Source of the DNA: Tubulanus polymorphus | Taxonomy: Eukaryota; Animalia; Nemertea | Assembly: GCF_964204645.1 (NCBI RefSeq) | Contig: NC_134027.1 | Location: 14,354,485 to 14,418,484, forward strand | Direction: 5' to 3' | DNA: 64,000 nucleotides | Shown here: positions 1 through 12,365 of the stretch, piece by piece | Numbering within the stretch: the stretch's first letter is position 1 | Layout of the letters: each line of letters starts with the position of its first letter | Notes under the pieces: generated by a model | What the model was told of the DNA's origin: nothing | The model's input: the letters and a program-made list of their open reading frames with translations, nothing else | The model's database searches: none | Program-made: the position numbers and the translations under genes

Positions 1-190
1 GGAAGGAGGTAAAGTATATAAACATATTCCATACATCTATACACATGAAAATAATGATGGCTTATATTATGTAATACCTTGTAATATAGCTTTGATATTT
101 GATCCTATTTTCAAAATTTATAAAACTAAACTAATAGAAATCGATAATAATAAAAGTGGTGTTGTTGATAATTTAAGTAATGTAATTGAT

Positions 191-286
191 AATAATGTAA
201 TACCTTCTACATCTAATAATGTAATACCTTCTACATCTAATAATGCAATACCTTCTACATCTAATAATGTAATACCTTCTACATCA
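191..286 (+). repeat. 24-bp coding tandem repeat, 4 copies (NNVIPSTS)
   Basis: AATAATGTAATACCTTCTACATCT repeated 4 times; about 6 copies in the copy B ortholog (~39950-40100). Confidence 0.95.
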
Positions 287-762
287 AATAATGAAATAAT
301 ATTAAATATTAGTGAAAATAGAAATTATTGTGATTATTGTAAAGGTGAATTTTCAAACGCTCCATCAAATTGGTATAAACATATGAATACAAAGGTACAT
401 ATTACTAATGTTATAGAACGTGTTGGTTTAAGAGAATTTATAGAACACCCATTTAGATATGTTACGAAGTTTGTTTCAAATAAAAAAGTAAATGGTAAAG
501 AATTATATGAAGATTTATTATTAGCAACACCTAATAAAGATGAATTAGATTTAACCGATGCTAATAAAATATTAGGATCAAACATTGTAAATGAAATATT
601 AGAAGCAAATACTAATAAAGATGATAATGAAAATATAGTTACAGATAAGCATATTGATAATAAAGATTCTATGAAACATAAAGTAGAATATAATTATAAA
701 TTTGATTGGATGAATAAGCATGACAATGAAACAACTATTGATGATGCGGTAAAAAGGATGAA

Positions 763-2922
763 CAGGGAAGTGTGATGAGATGGAATACGGACGCTATTGT
801 GCAGCTCTTGTCGAATGTGCGTTGTAATTGCCCTAAAGCCGATAACGGTTCGTCGGCGAGCGCTTTGTTACGTAACGCGCCGATAAGCGATAACCAGCGA
901 GATCGGGAATCTCCGTAATAATTCAGTTGTTTCCGAATATCGGTTTTTCATCCCTTTAATAAACTTATATAAAAATTCCTCTGTAAACTGGTTAAACTCA
1001 ACACCTGATTTCCCCTCATCAATTTTAGTCGATCAACTTGTATTCACAATTGTCTTAAATTTAAGTGCCCCCTAGTTTGTCTCTTAACTGCTTCTCTTTA
1101 ATCTGTTTTAGCGTGTAACTGTTTCTACGTTAATTTTCCTTTAGTTAGTATCATCTCTGATTTCTTGAATTAGTCTCTTTGTCTCTGGATTGTATATATC
1201 TCTCATAATTTCTGTAGTATTCATTATTTCTGAAGATGACTATTAGGACATAGACGAAACGTTGAATAAACTACTAACATTTTTAATTGGACTTTTTCGT
1301 TATCATTGTGGGATTCTCTCTACATCGCTTCAGACGGATATAGTGTTTTATCAATCGTGATATCGGTTCTTTCCGCTGTATTAAAATGGCAACGGTTGTC
1401 AACGAAATTATAAATGATGACGATTTTGACGATCTATTCTTTGATAGTGACGAATTGGTTCAGATCGATACGGAAATATTACGGGAATCCTCTGGATCAG
1501 GATCAACTAATTCGGCCGATTCTAGTGAGTGTTATTCCTTTTGAATCAATGAAATATCGGAATAGTTTCCACCTAATTGCAGGCACTTTATTCTTTCCTT
1601 TTCTTTTTCATATAGGTACTACTCAGGCTCAGCTGACCAGAGACTGCGATCTGAACACGAGAAAACACACATACAGGTATTTTTTACATTTATTTTTATA
1701 ATCAATACAATCCTTTTAGGTTATAAAATAATAAACGAATACAGAAAATAATATATAAACATAATATAAAAAATCCAGATAAGTACATGTAAAAATAATA
1801 ATAATTATTATTATTTTCGCAGGAACACTATATATTTGGAAAAGGCTATGACTGAAGTGATTAACCATCGAGTATTTAAATTCAGTTCAAATGGAATGGC
1901 AGCAGTACATTATGGAAAATCGATCGATAAAATTTTGACTACAAATACGTCGCCGTCCAGACTTGGAATTAACCAGTGGTTTACATGTCCATTGTTTTAA
2001 TTTGATAGTCACAGGGACAGTTTTTTTAACATTTTTGTTCTTACGCCATTTTTGTAATTTGACACGACACATATTACAGATATATATCGGGTACTGTTCA
2101 GTATCATCATCAAAATCAATGTTGAACAACTCCTTCACATGGCTTTTGAAATTATTTTTATCGATAGGACGACGATCCGGAGGTTTCGCATTTTTTCCAC
2201 ACAATCGACAAAGATCCATGACTAAAAACAAGAAAAGGTTAATCAAATGAGATTGCTGATGCTATTTAGGCAACTTGGTTTATATGGGGGACAATAATTT
2301 GTAGGCCAAATGTAAGCGTTATTAATAAGTAACATTATTATGTAGTAAATACACATTTTAAAGATCATACTTCGTGTATATGTTTGTGTCGTAACATAGC
2401 AACATGACGTCAGAAACGAAAGCTGCGCGAGTCTGGGCCGAAATATTTGACATCTTCAAGGCCCAAATAACGCTAAACCCGGAATCGGAACGAACTGGCA
2501 AAAACATATGTTTAACACATAAAAACAGACTTTAATCACAATATAAATACTTAATGTTCCGATACCGGGTTTCGGAGATATAGAAGAATAAAAATACATA
2601 CCTTTTTGGACAAATTTTACGAGAAATTGTTGAATTTCAACCGATTTTCTAAAGAAAAATATGTGTATACACAGCCACTTCCACGTTGTTCAATGAACTG
2701 CAGTGCGCATGCGTAGTATCGATCGCAGAACATTGGGCTAAAACTATTGCGGGTTGTTCTGCGACCGAATCAAAGTTGATGTTGACTGGTGTTCAGCTGG
2801 TAACACACACTCGATAAGCGTAGCTTACTGCTGTTGCGGTAACCTTTGATGTACGGGCTGAATTGAATAGCCTACATCCGGCAATTAAAAGCGTCCGTAT
2901 TCCATCTCATCACACTTCCCTG
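763..2922. mobile_element. Non-autonomous TIR DNA transposon with 33-bp TIRs and 7-bp TSD (P-element-like ends)
   Basis: CAGGGAAGTGTGATGAGATGGAATACGGACGCT at 763-795 and its perfect reverse complement at 2890-2922. GGATGAA is duplicated at 756-762 and 2923-2929. Superfamily is inferred only from the CA..TG ends and 7-bp TSD. Confidence 0.9.
1887..2219 (-). CDS. Short zinc-binding ORF resembling the RAG1 N-terminal (CND)/Chapaev/ZAD-type finger
   Basis: MDLCRLCGK...ELFNIDFDDDTEQYPIYICNMC has a CxxC-~38aa-CxxC pattern with an F.ID...D....P...C..C signature. No catalytic domain follows. Confidence 0.55.
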   Translation of the reverse strand: MDLCRLCGKNAKPPDRRPIDKNNFKSHVKELFNIDFDDDTEQYPIYICNMCRVKLQKWRKNKNVKKTVPVTIKLKQWTCKPLVNSKSGRRRICSQNFIDRFSIMYCCHSI

Positions 2923-3405
2923 GGATGAAGAATAAGTATAACAATAATGAAGAATTTGAAGAAGAAAATTCGGTAGAGAATTTGAGAAAATTGTTAGGGT
3001 ATGATAGTGAAAGTGATTAAGATATTAATTATATTTAACTCAAATAATAATATTGGTTGAAAATTGTATAAAATAATAGTAAATAAAAAAGGGGTTTTTA
3101 AGTATTTAAGGTATTTAAGGTATCTAATACATATCTAATACATATTATTTGAAAATACCTTAAATTATATTTCTTTTTTAAATTTATATTGAAACCTCAG
3201 TAATAATTTTGAACCTTTATTTTATTATTCTTTAATTTATTCATATATTAGTTGAAAAAATAAAAATAAATTGTTTGAAAATTGTATAAATAATATTTAT
3301 TTTAAAAAGGGGGTTTTAAGTATTTAAGGTATCTAATAGGGTATCTAATACATAGTAGGTATTAGGGTATCTAATAGGGTATCTAATACATAGGTATATA
3401 AATAG

Positions 3406-4017
3406 TTATTTTATAAATTTATATTTATATGGAAATTGTAATCTCAGCAATAATTTTGAACCTTTATTATTCTTTAACTTATTCATATATTCATCCTGTA
3501 ATTCAGTAGGTATAATTTGATTTTCTTCCAATGATTGTTGCATAGATTTTCTATCTTTTTTATAAAATAAAACTAGAAATCTTATATTCTCCCTAAAGTC
3601 TTTAACAATTGAATTATATTTTTGATTTAAAACCCATGTTGTTATCCCGAAATGTCTCCCAGAGAAAGCTAGATAACATAACTCACTTTCTCTAACTTTT
3701 GAATCATGTAGATTAGCACAATCATCTATAATGAATAATGTATTTGATCCTTTATAAGTATCAATTGCTATTTTAATACAATTATCTAAATTTTCTTTTA
3801 CTGCTTTAGGATCTAATATAATAAACTTTTTTATCTTAACTATATCTCTATTATATGTTTTATTCATTTCATAAGTAGGACAAAATAATATTATATTATC
3901 AAAATGATTCTTATAAATAGTTTCTAACAAGTTTAATATGAAATGTGTTTTACCACAATTGGTTACCCCAGTTATTAACATATTATGTGGTTCAAATATA
4001 AATAAATCTTTATTCAT
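3406..4017 (-). CDS. A32-like (FtsK/HerA) genome-packaging ATPase, copy A
   Basis: Walker A GVTNCGKT, Walker B LFIIDD, GRH motif and LNQKY..I....REN; intact 203-aa frame. Confidence 0.9.
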   Translation of the reverse strand: MNKDLFIFEPHNMLITGVTNCGKTHFILNLLETIYKNHFDNIILFCPTYEMNKTYNRDIVKIKKFIILDPKAVKENLDNCIKIAIDTYKGSNTLFIIDDCANLHDSKVRESELCYLAFSGRHFGITTWVLNQKYNSIVKDFRENIRFLVLFYKKDRKSMQQSLEENQIIPTELQDEYMNKLKNNKGSKLLLRLQFPYKYKFIK

Positions 4018-5101
4018 TTATTCTTTTAATTTTACTAGATAAAATCCATTCATTAAATTTATCATCGTACTCTTTATATTTCACCAAAGAATACTTTTTT
4101 CCTTTAAGAGTTTTTGTTTTCAATAATTTTTCTATTTTGTATTCTATTTCATCTGGATTTGGTACAAGTGATAATTCTTGTTCATAAAAATAACCTAATA
4201 TTTCTTCATCTTTTATATCTTCTAATTTATAAACAAAAGGTTTAGTTAATATTATCTTTTTAATCTTGAATGTTTCTTCTGTAAAATTTCGGGTATAACC
4301 TTTATAAAATGTTTTTCTATATTAAGATATTCTTACGTGTTGTCCAATTTTAAATTTAGGCTCTCCAAAATCATGTGTAACAAACGCTCCATATAAATTA
4401 TTCCAGACTATTTCTGAATTATCTTCTTTTCTAGCTTGTATAGGTTTCATATTTATAGAACTATGTTTAGAATTATTATAACCTTTCAACAAATCATCTA
4501 ATATATCAATATATTTATATGTTTCATTAGCAGTAAAATATTTCCACATTCTAGTTTTCAATGTTTTATTACATCTTTCTATAATAGATGCTTTTTTATC
4601 TGAGTGTGTTGAAAAATAATCTACATCGTTATCAGATAATAGTTTTTTAAAATGTTTGTTATAGAATTCCTTACCTTCATCAAATTGTATCTTATCTGGA
4701 ATAGCTTCTTTAAATATTGATTTAAAAGCATTTGTTACTTCTATACCAGTTTTATTTTTGATTGGAATTGACCATGCGTATCTACTGAATATGTCTATAA
4801 CATTTAATATCCAGAAATATCCTTTGTTGTATTCTTCTAAGTTCTTCATGTCAATTAAATCTGCTTGCCATTGTTGATCGATATATGAAACCATAACTTT
4901 TCTTGTTAAATAAGTTTTATCCATTTTCTTGTGGATTTGATATGTGGGTTGATTTTGTAACCATGATTTTAATTCACTATATTTTATATCACCATTTTCT
5001 TTATCGGATTTATTTTTATTCCATAATTCTGAAACGATAGAATATGATACTTCACTTTCTGGGTTATAATATAACTCTCTTAAATATTGTTCTTTTTTCA
5101 T
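4010..5101 (-). pseudogene. Polinton rve (c-)integrase with C-terminal chromodomain, frameshifted at ~4322, copy A
   Basis: WQADLID...IDIFSRYAW...QFDEGKEF...IERCNKTLK (DDE intact). The downstream frame gives GYTRNFTEETF...YKIEKLLKTKTLKGKKYSLVKYKEYDDKFNEWI (chromo-like). Confidence 0.9.
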
Positions 5102-5107
5102 CTTATT

Positions 5108-5467
5108 TTAATCCATTAATAATAATTTAGATTTAGTTTCAATGTTTTTATGATTTGACTTATTTTCTGGTATAATAGCTTTATCATCGGAATCATTATT
5201 GTTATTAAATTTTGATTTATATATTACACCGGATAATATAATAATTGTGATTAACCCAATTGTAATATATAAGTAATTATTTCTTCCACTATTAGAAGAA
5301 TAAGATGGATTGTTATTTGAATCAATGTCAGATAAAGTCTGTGATTCATTTATATAAGTTAATTTCTTTTTCTTAGCTCTTTTTAATTCTGCAGATCTTT
5401 TACCTAATTCTCTTGCCCATTTAATTTGTTTCTCGGATCTAGGCTTTTTCTTAACACCATCACTCAT
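5108..5467 (-). CDS. Polinton small basic protein with one transmembrane helix, copy A
   Basis: Basic N-terminus and YLYITIGLITIIILSGVIY; conserved ortholog at 34915-35283. Confidence 0.75.
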   Translation of the reverse strand: MSDGVKKKPRSEKQIKWARELGKRSAELKRAKKKKLTYINESQTLSDIDSNNNPSYSSNSGRNNYLYITIGLITIIILSGVIYKSKFNNNNDSDDKAIIPENKSNHKNIETKSKLLLMD

Positions 5468-5476
5468 TTATTTTAG

Positions 5477-6067
5477 TTAATTTTGTTCTGGTTCATTTTC
5501 TGTTTCACCGTTTGGGTGTCGTGCGGCACCATCTGTTTCGTTCTTACCTGATTTATATTCAATAGGCTTGATATTCGAAAATGTTATGACACCAGTAGAA
5601 ATTAATGTCATAACCGATCCTAATTGAAATGAAGCATATCCAACCCATTTTTGTAATTCAGTCATAACTAAGTAGTCATTTTTCAAATCACTATATAATT
5701 TATTTTCATCATCAATTGGTATTAACCGGTTACATAACTTAGTATAACATTTGACAATACCATCTGAAATAGAATCATTTATTCTAGCTAATCTAGCTTC
5801 TTCATAAATCTTAAAATATTTTATTACTTTATCGGGTTTCATAGCATCTAATTCTTGAAAAGTAATAGTCTTAGTTAAAAATTGTTTACACTTTCCGCTA
5901 GCAATCAATAGTTCAAGATGGTGCTTACAATATAAGTAGTATTCATAATCAATATTGTTATTAACTTGAATAGAACTAGAAACAACTGGATCCTTATTAT
6001 CATTTATACCCAAATCATCTAATGTTTTTTCAATATCAATACTATTCTTACTCGATTTCTCTGACAT
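5477..6067 (-). CDS. Polinton uncharacterised protein with C-terminal hydrophobic segment, copy A
   Basis: Intact 196-aa ORF starting at TAAATG; ortholog at 34320-34922. Confidence 0.75.
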   Translation of the reverse strand: MSEKSSKNSIDIEKTLDDLGINDNKDPVVSSSIQVNNNIDYEYYLYCKHHLELLIASGKCKQFLTKTITFQELDAMKPDKVIKYFKIYEEARLARINDSISDGIVKCYTKLCNRLIPIDDENKLYSDLKNDYLVMTELQKWVGYASFQLGSVMTLISTGVITFSNIKPIEYKSGKNETDGAARHPNGETENEPEQN

Positions 6068-7194
6068 TTATATTAGAGAAATTTAATAAGAAAAATATTA
6101 TAAGTATTATAAAATGATACTAGATAGTTAAAGTTAAAGAATTCTAGTATTGACTACTGATACTAGCTATTTGAATTTAAAGAATTTCTATTTTAATCTA
6201 TTCAAAATATAAAGTATTCTCTTTTTGAAAAGAAAATATTAAAAATAAAATAGAATTCGCTGGTTAGTTGAAGTTATGTTTTTAAATACTTTTTTTTAAA
6301 ATTAGGATTTAATATCTCACTACTATTGTCTATCTATTAGGAGCAGTAATTATAACTGTCCAGATAAGTCATTTCGGATTCTCGATAATAAATCCTAAAA
6401 CTGAAAATAAATTCAAAGAAACGACTGGTGGAAATACTATTTCATAAACACATATATTTTATTCTACAATCATTATCGATTTCCACATTCCAAGCCACTC
6501 GGCTGAGGAGCGGTAAGGTATGCGTGGAATGCAGGAATCAATAAAGTACAATACAACATCCGTCACTGTGTGTCATTAACAACAGCTTAATGACGCAATT
6601 GAAATTCCGACAAACGTAATGCATTGGAAGCCTATACAGTATGGCTAAACTGCTACAGTCTTATGAGTTGAAATATCCATAATTTCTGATTCCACATCCA
6701 TCCATCTTCACTTTCTTTATTCAATGGTCTTCATTTTGTTATCTAAAAGATAAATATCTAACGTAGAATAAAACTAACTTGAAGTTGTAGTTGTAAAATA
6801 TTAATTACAACACTTAAACATGGCCATTTGTGGCGCATCTTACCAGGGTAAGTTTTACATGTTTAACGTTTCCCAACGCCTTAATAACAACAAAAACAGT
6901 ACTTACATTTATAACTGTAAACTCCTAAAATTGTGTTTATAGAGAGAATATCCTATACGTTCCTATGCTTATGTGCTGCGCGCTTATAACTGCCAGTTAT
7001 TCACTAGCTAAACACTGTCTGAGCAACATATGTTCCTTTGTGATGTAATTGATTAATCCTTTTCAACTGAAATAGCACATTCGATCAATATTCAAATGAG
7101 ATACACCCCATTCAACTGAATATAACGTGCGACAGATGCAAAGAGCTAATACAATTACATATAAGCAGTTTGACATAGATGGTTTTCTAAGCGC

Positions 7195-7848
7195 TTAAGC
7201 TTCAACACATTTTTCATTATGTGTTGAATTCCATAATTCAACAAATGTCTTTGCTTTATCCAGTTGATCTAACTATAACTGTAAATCTAGTTTATTAGAT
7301 TTAATTATGTTTTCCTTCTTTTCTAAAGGTCTTAGATTCTTCCAATTCCAAATAAGTTTTTTATTGTATTCATCATTCATGTCAAATTTAGAAATCGGCA
7401 ACACGTGATCAATATGAAAGTATTCGCCATAATTATCTATATTCATTTTATCATCGAATTGATATATCATCCATTATATGAAAAATTCATCTGAACAACC
7501 CAATAAATTAGATAGTGTTTCTGAATGTGTTTCTTTGTTGAATAATTGTGTTAATCTAGATCTTAAACATTGTTTCAATCTAAAATTAAGATCTGTTTGA
7601 TATCTTCCTCTCATATATTCTGCCATATAATCATTGTAAGCTTCTCTATTATCTTCTCGATATTGTTTGGTATATAGTTTAGTACAAGTTTTACAGCAAT
7701 ATTGAAAACCATCTTTGCTAATCTTACGCTTACTTAATTCTGTTAAAGCTAATTTATCTAATTCACATTTAGAACACTTCTTGTAGTATATATTTATAAC
7801 GCCAGTGTTATTTGTAATATTTATAGTTTGTGGTTGTTCTGATTCCAT
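7195..7848 (-). pseudogene. NCLDV-type HNH (homing) endonuclease with in-frame stops, copy A
   Basis: KKCSKC...CCKTC zinc ribbon, LGCS and HIDHVLPISKF...WNWKNLRPLEKKENIIKSNK; in-frame stops at 7474 and 7273. Confidence 0.8.
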
Positions 7849-8818
7849 TTATTATACATATTTTTTTACTAAATTGATTTTAGAAGTTCAATGATTTAAA
7901 TATGAATTATTTCAATCACACTTTACTATCACTTTTAATGTCTAACTCATACAAATATAGATATTGAAATATGTTTAAAATATATCTATATATCTATTCT
8001 ATAAGAGCTCACACTTAACTAACACTTTTATATTGAATAATCTATCAATTTATATGTTATTCATATATATTTTATTCATGTATATGAATATTTTAAGAGT
8101 AATAGGGGTAATAGGTAACTAATAACCCTTTCAGTGCGGTGTATAAAGTAATAATGAACTTTGCTAGTACACCGCATTATGGTGTATTGATGTTATTAGT
8201 AATAAGTTTTTATCTCCATTCAAACACCTGTCAAACAAATACTCTCACAAACAGAATAATTTCTAGTTCATTTTCTATCAAACTACTGAGGTTGTTAATG
8301 TAAAATTACTATCAATTTAGATGTAAGAAAAATGGTTGACAACTTCTGAAAAAAGTTCACATACCTTTACACATAAAGTCATTAAAACAATTCGCAGGTC
8401 GAAAATAAATTTTTCGATCACTAAACTTCACCATGTGCATACTTTCTAATGTTGATTTATTCAGACATGTAAAACTGTTCAGTCCCTGTGGGTCTGCCTG
8501 AAAATATAAAAGGTAAATAATTTTTCATCATCATTTCATCTGCATAATTTTTTAGCAGGTGCCAAAAGCAACTATCTGAAGATACTACTTTACGCTAGTA
8601 ATGAATAAAGCGACCATTGCCTTACTCCGGTAAATAGTTAAACATAGGTTAGGTACATATCAATATTTTATCTCTGGTACTGACTGAATTAAATGGTTGA
8701 TTTGGACGAGACAATACAGGCAGTAGAAATGAAAAAAATGATTGATGAAGAAGCAATTGATTAGAGATTTTATAATCGTTTTTGTCAAAAATGATAACAC
8801 ATCCATAATACCTTGTAA

Positions 8819-9862
8819 TTATCCATCTGTGACTGAATGCTTTACAGTCACAACTTTTTCATCTTCAAACATTGTATATAATTGCAATGGATAATAGTCT
8901 GCCAAACAGTCCACAGAGATGCACAAATATCTATCACTATCACTATCAACCAACGGTGTAACCTTGTGAACCCCATAAGCTCTGAGATGTTCAATATGTT
9001 TCTCAGTTACAACAAAATATGGCATATCATCATTCTTTACTATCAGTTCTTGAATTTCGCCTAACTTGATACCATTTCCATGAAAGAAGAACACCTGCAT
9101 ATTTCGCAGGTATATTGTTCCATTAAACTGCAGAGAATCAACGACTAAAAGTCTGTCACTTGACCTAAACTGCAATTTTACAATCTCTTCAATGCTGTCG
9201 TCAAAAAAGCATTGTTACCTACCCCACTATATGAAACAGAATGTGGGAATAACCTTCCTGATGAATAGAATGCCTGAAGTAGTTGATGCTTTTCTGCTAA
9301 AGTTTTAAAGATGTTCTTAAAGTTTTGTGACCTTCTAACAACCTATTTAAAATAGGAATGCTTCGACTCAAACCGGAGTGTCCATAATCTGACTAGTGGG
9401 CCTAGCATTAGTGTAACGTGGGGAAAATGGGTTACAAAGTGATGTTTAGGCTTTAACCGTTCATTGGGAAAAGAAGTCATTCTAAAATACATGTAATCAG
9501 TGATAGCTGTGTTCATTATATCAATCATGCCATGGGTTATTACTGTACTACAAATTATTTCAACAATTTCCTTCAACAAGATAAAAAGCTTCCAAACATT
9601 ATCATCACTGTCTCTGATACTGTCTTTTAGTATTACGGGGAGTAACCTCACTAGGTTCCAATTTTGGACTGCAGAGCCTGATATTTTAAACTTATTCTTT
9701 TTAGTGTAAGTCACACATGGAGGATCTGAAGAATCTTGCCCTTCGCATCTAAAATTCTGAATCTTGTGTATGACACATTCTACTGTAAACCACTTCTTTT
9801 TTACAAAATATTCTAAGAACAATTTGACGTCATTAACAATTATTCCTTCGAATAAATCATGT
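8819..9862 (-). pseudogene. Animal EnSpm/CACTA-type transposase C-terminal fragment
   Basis: HDLFEG...LKPKHHFVTHFP...GPLVRLWTLRFESKHSYFK*...NFKNIFKTLAEKHQ. Element ends were not found. Confidence 0.7.
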
Positions 9863-11541
9863 CTATTTCATATCACTATGAGATTTTGTACTTTGGTTCA
9901 AGCTCGACTTTTTTGCAATCTTTCTAGGCCCTATAATGTTCGAAATTAATCAAATTTTGATGCGTAAGTCAAACTACTGGAACTTTCTGGACAGTTTTAG
10001 ACCAATATCTTCCCAAATTTGACCGATTTGTAGCAAAAATTCAACGTCCATAGTGAAATGAAATAAAAAAAGTGACGGTATAAGTCTATAAGGAAATGAT
10101 GAATTCACCACAGTAAGAAACCCAAATTATGGATGCATTATCAATCATATAGGCCTAATAGTACCGTACTAGGCCTTGTAGCCTAGGTAGGTGATATTTT
10201 GCCTATGCGCATCACTCCTGTTAATGCTATTTTGCCAACAACTCGTTCTGATTTGCTTACACCACACTTGTGCACTTGTCTTAGGTGCGCGACTAAAGAA
10301 TACATGGGAAGTAGGTCTATGGAGAACAGAGTAAATAGAGCGCATAGAGGATTCGAACCCGGGCCAGCTCGTAACTACATACACTGCACTCACCTTACCC
10401 TAACCCCACCCCCTTGCTGTAGAAACCTAACTCTATCCTCCTCCACGCCCCCTCAGGCACAAGACCCTAAACCTGATTGAGGCCCCAAACTAGATATCGG
10501 CAAAATAGCATTCACCACATCGGCAAAATATCACCTTCCTTTTGTAGTAAATTGGTCGCCACTACAACTCTACAGGCTACTTAATCGTACAAATATAGCT
10601 CTTACCTGGCTACTAAGGTAAGGTCTATTTCAACCTGACCTGAGAGCATTCAGGGTGGCCTAGCTCAGTCAGTTTTGGTAGTACATACCTGATATAGGTC
10701 TTATTAGGACCAGAGAGGACCGGCAGTCAACCTAAAACATCGATTATCAACTCAGTTTTCACTTTTTCGGAGGATTGTTAAAATATCCTCGTTGAAACGC
10801 GATGTGAATGTCAATTTCAGACGAATCACGCCGCCATTTTTCCTAGACTACGTCATTTAACGCATGCGCTGTGATGAGCTGGGCGGGCCATTTTTTTTAA
10901 AGAGGGGTGGTTGATAAAGGACAGTTCAACGAATCACAGTGTTGCAAGGTGGTTGCGGGCGCCATCTTCTCGCATAATTTATGCAATCAGCTGTGTTGTT
11001 GTTTACCAACACACAATGTATACAAAAGCCGAATGGCGTATAATAAACCTTTTCGCGGACCATCTGAAGAGAGAAGATCGAAGAGGCCGAATGATACCAT
11101 CGAAGACATCGAGGCCAGAATCAAATGCGCATTGAAGGATAAAATTTCAATTGCCTCGATCAAGCGTAACTTAAAAGCGCTTAAGTTTGGTGAGTCAAAA
11201 GAGCTGTCAAATCCATCTCCGTTGTTGCATATTCAATTAGCCACGCGCTGCATGTGAGGTCAAAGGCCTTAACACTACCAATCCTAAACCAAAAATTAAA
11301 ACGAAGTCATAATATGGCCTAATTGTATACATCTATTCTTTATTCAGGCCTATGAAAAACAATACAAACAAGGTTTCAGCAAAAAATACTTTAAATCTGA
11401 ATACACCGGATAAAATACAGATATTATACATTTTCATTACATATACACACAGATGCAGAAAGAGAATACATTGGCCTAGAAAAAGCCACTACAAGACACA
11501 GGCATGTCCATCACAAGAAGGCACTGGATTCATTCGACCAG

Positions 11542-11679
11542 GGGCCGGTTGCATAGTCATGGTTTAGACTTAAGACCAGTCTAAGACCAACTTAGTTCTA
11601 TAGCTATTCTAACAACTTAAGACCAGTCTTAAGATTTAAGACCACTTTTGGACTTAAGTCACGACTGTGCAACTGGCCC
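11542..11679. mobile_element. PIF/Harbinger-type MITE, 138 bp
   Basis: TIRs GGGCCGGTTGCATAGTC / GACTGTGCAACTGGCCC, 3-bp TSD CAG (11539-41 and 11680-82), internal TTAAGACC repeats. Confidence 0.85.
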
Positions 11680-12365
11680 CAGGAGATAATTCGAAGGGAA
11701 ATACATGCAATGGTCAAAGAAAAAGTATTCATAACAATTGATGGGTAACTTTTATGTAATGTTAAAGACCCGTACACAAGATTTTTTAAGGGGTTCTACC
11801 TTCTTTGGAAAAAAGGCACCCTCATCAGAAAGCCTTTTGGATTTTTATATCGCTCCGACCGTTGCAAAATCTTAACGGAAAAAAATTAAAGATCACATAA
11901 TTTAACAAAAATCCATCTGTTTATGGATGAAACATTAACAATGTGCCCTTTTCTACGTTTGTGATTGATAGGGACAACTCTACACGCACCCTTTCTAGTT
12001 AGGGGTTGAAAATTTTCCGACTTGCACCAAAAGGGGTTTCAGACCTACCCTAATGGTGGTATTCAAAACTAAATGTCCAACGTGCCTAGTGAAAATTTAA
12101 GTCCCAAATGGGCAATTGATTGTCATTATTACAAGTTTTTCTAAGGTTGAGTTCTATGTAAAACTTCGTAACATTATCAATTTCATAATTATAATAAATT
12201 GAACATGTATCTATGTATTTATCATATACAGTATATATGATCGTGCCAGAAGAAAACTCAGTAAATCTTGAGTAGGACTGGAGTATGGCGCTGGACGCGG
12301 AGAATTGGATTGAAGTGGGTGAAAAAAAGTGGAAAAAGGTAATTAGACTTCTGCACCGTACCCAG

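Larger units (their letters stand above)
1..3020 (+). pseudogene. Polinton-encoded Asn/Ser-repeat and C2H2-like zinc-finger protein, split by a TIR insertion
   Basis: Frame is open from position 2 (EGGKVYKHIP..., start codon straddles the window edge). It contains (NNVIPSTS)n and CDYC...H...H. Removing 763-2929 restores ...AVKRMKNKYNNNEEFEEENSVENLRKLLGYDSESD*, matching the copy B ortholog. Confidence 0.8.
1..8120 (-). mobile_element. Polinton/adintovirus-like element, copy A (partial; continues left of window; inverted relative to copy B)
   Basis: Zn-finger/repeat ORF, A32-type ATPase, rve integrase, two small ORFs and HNH gene are colinear with, and highly similar to, 33342-40291 in the opposite orientation. 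Similarity to the copy B TIR stops at ~8112 and the sequence then reads ...GTAATAGGTAACT (8120). Confidence 0.9.

Noticed and set aside
763-2922. ProtoRAG/Transib transposon
   Set aside because: The TIRs lack the CACAGTG-like heptamer, the TSD is 7 bp rather than 5 bp, and there is no RAG1 core or RAG2-like ORF.
10169-11567. Short ORFs between the EnSpm-like fragment and the Harbinger MITE
   Set aside because: They have no recognisable domains and no element boundaries that could be supported.
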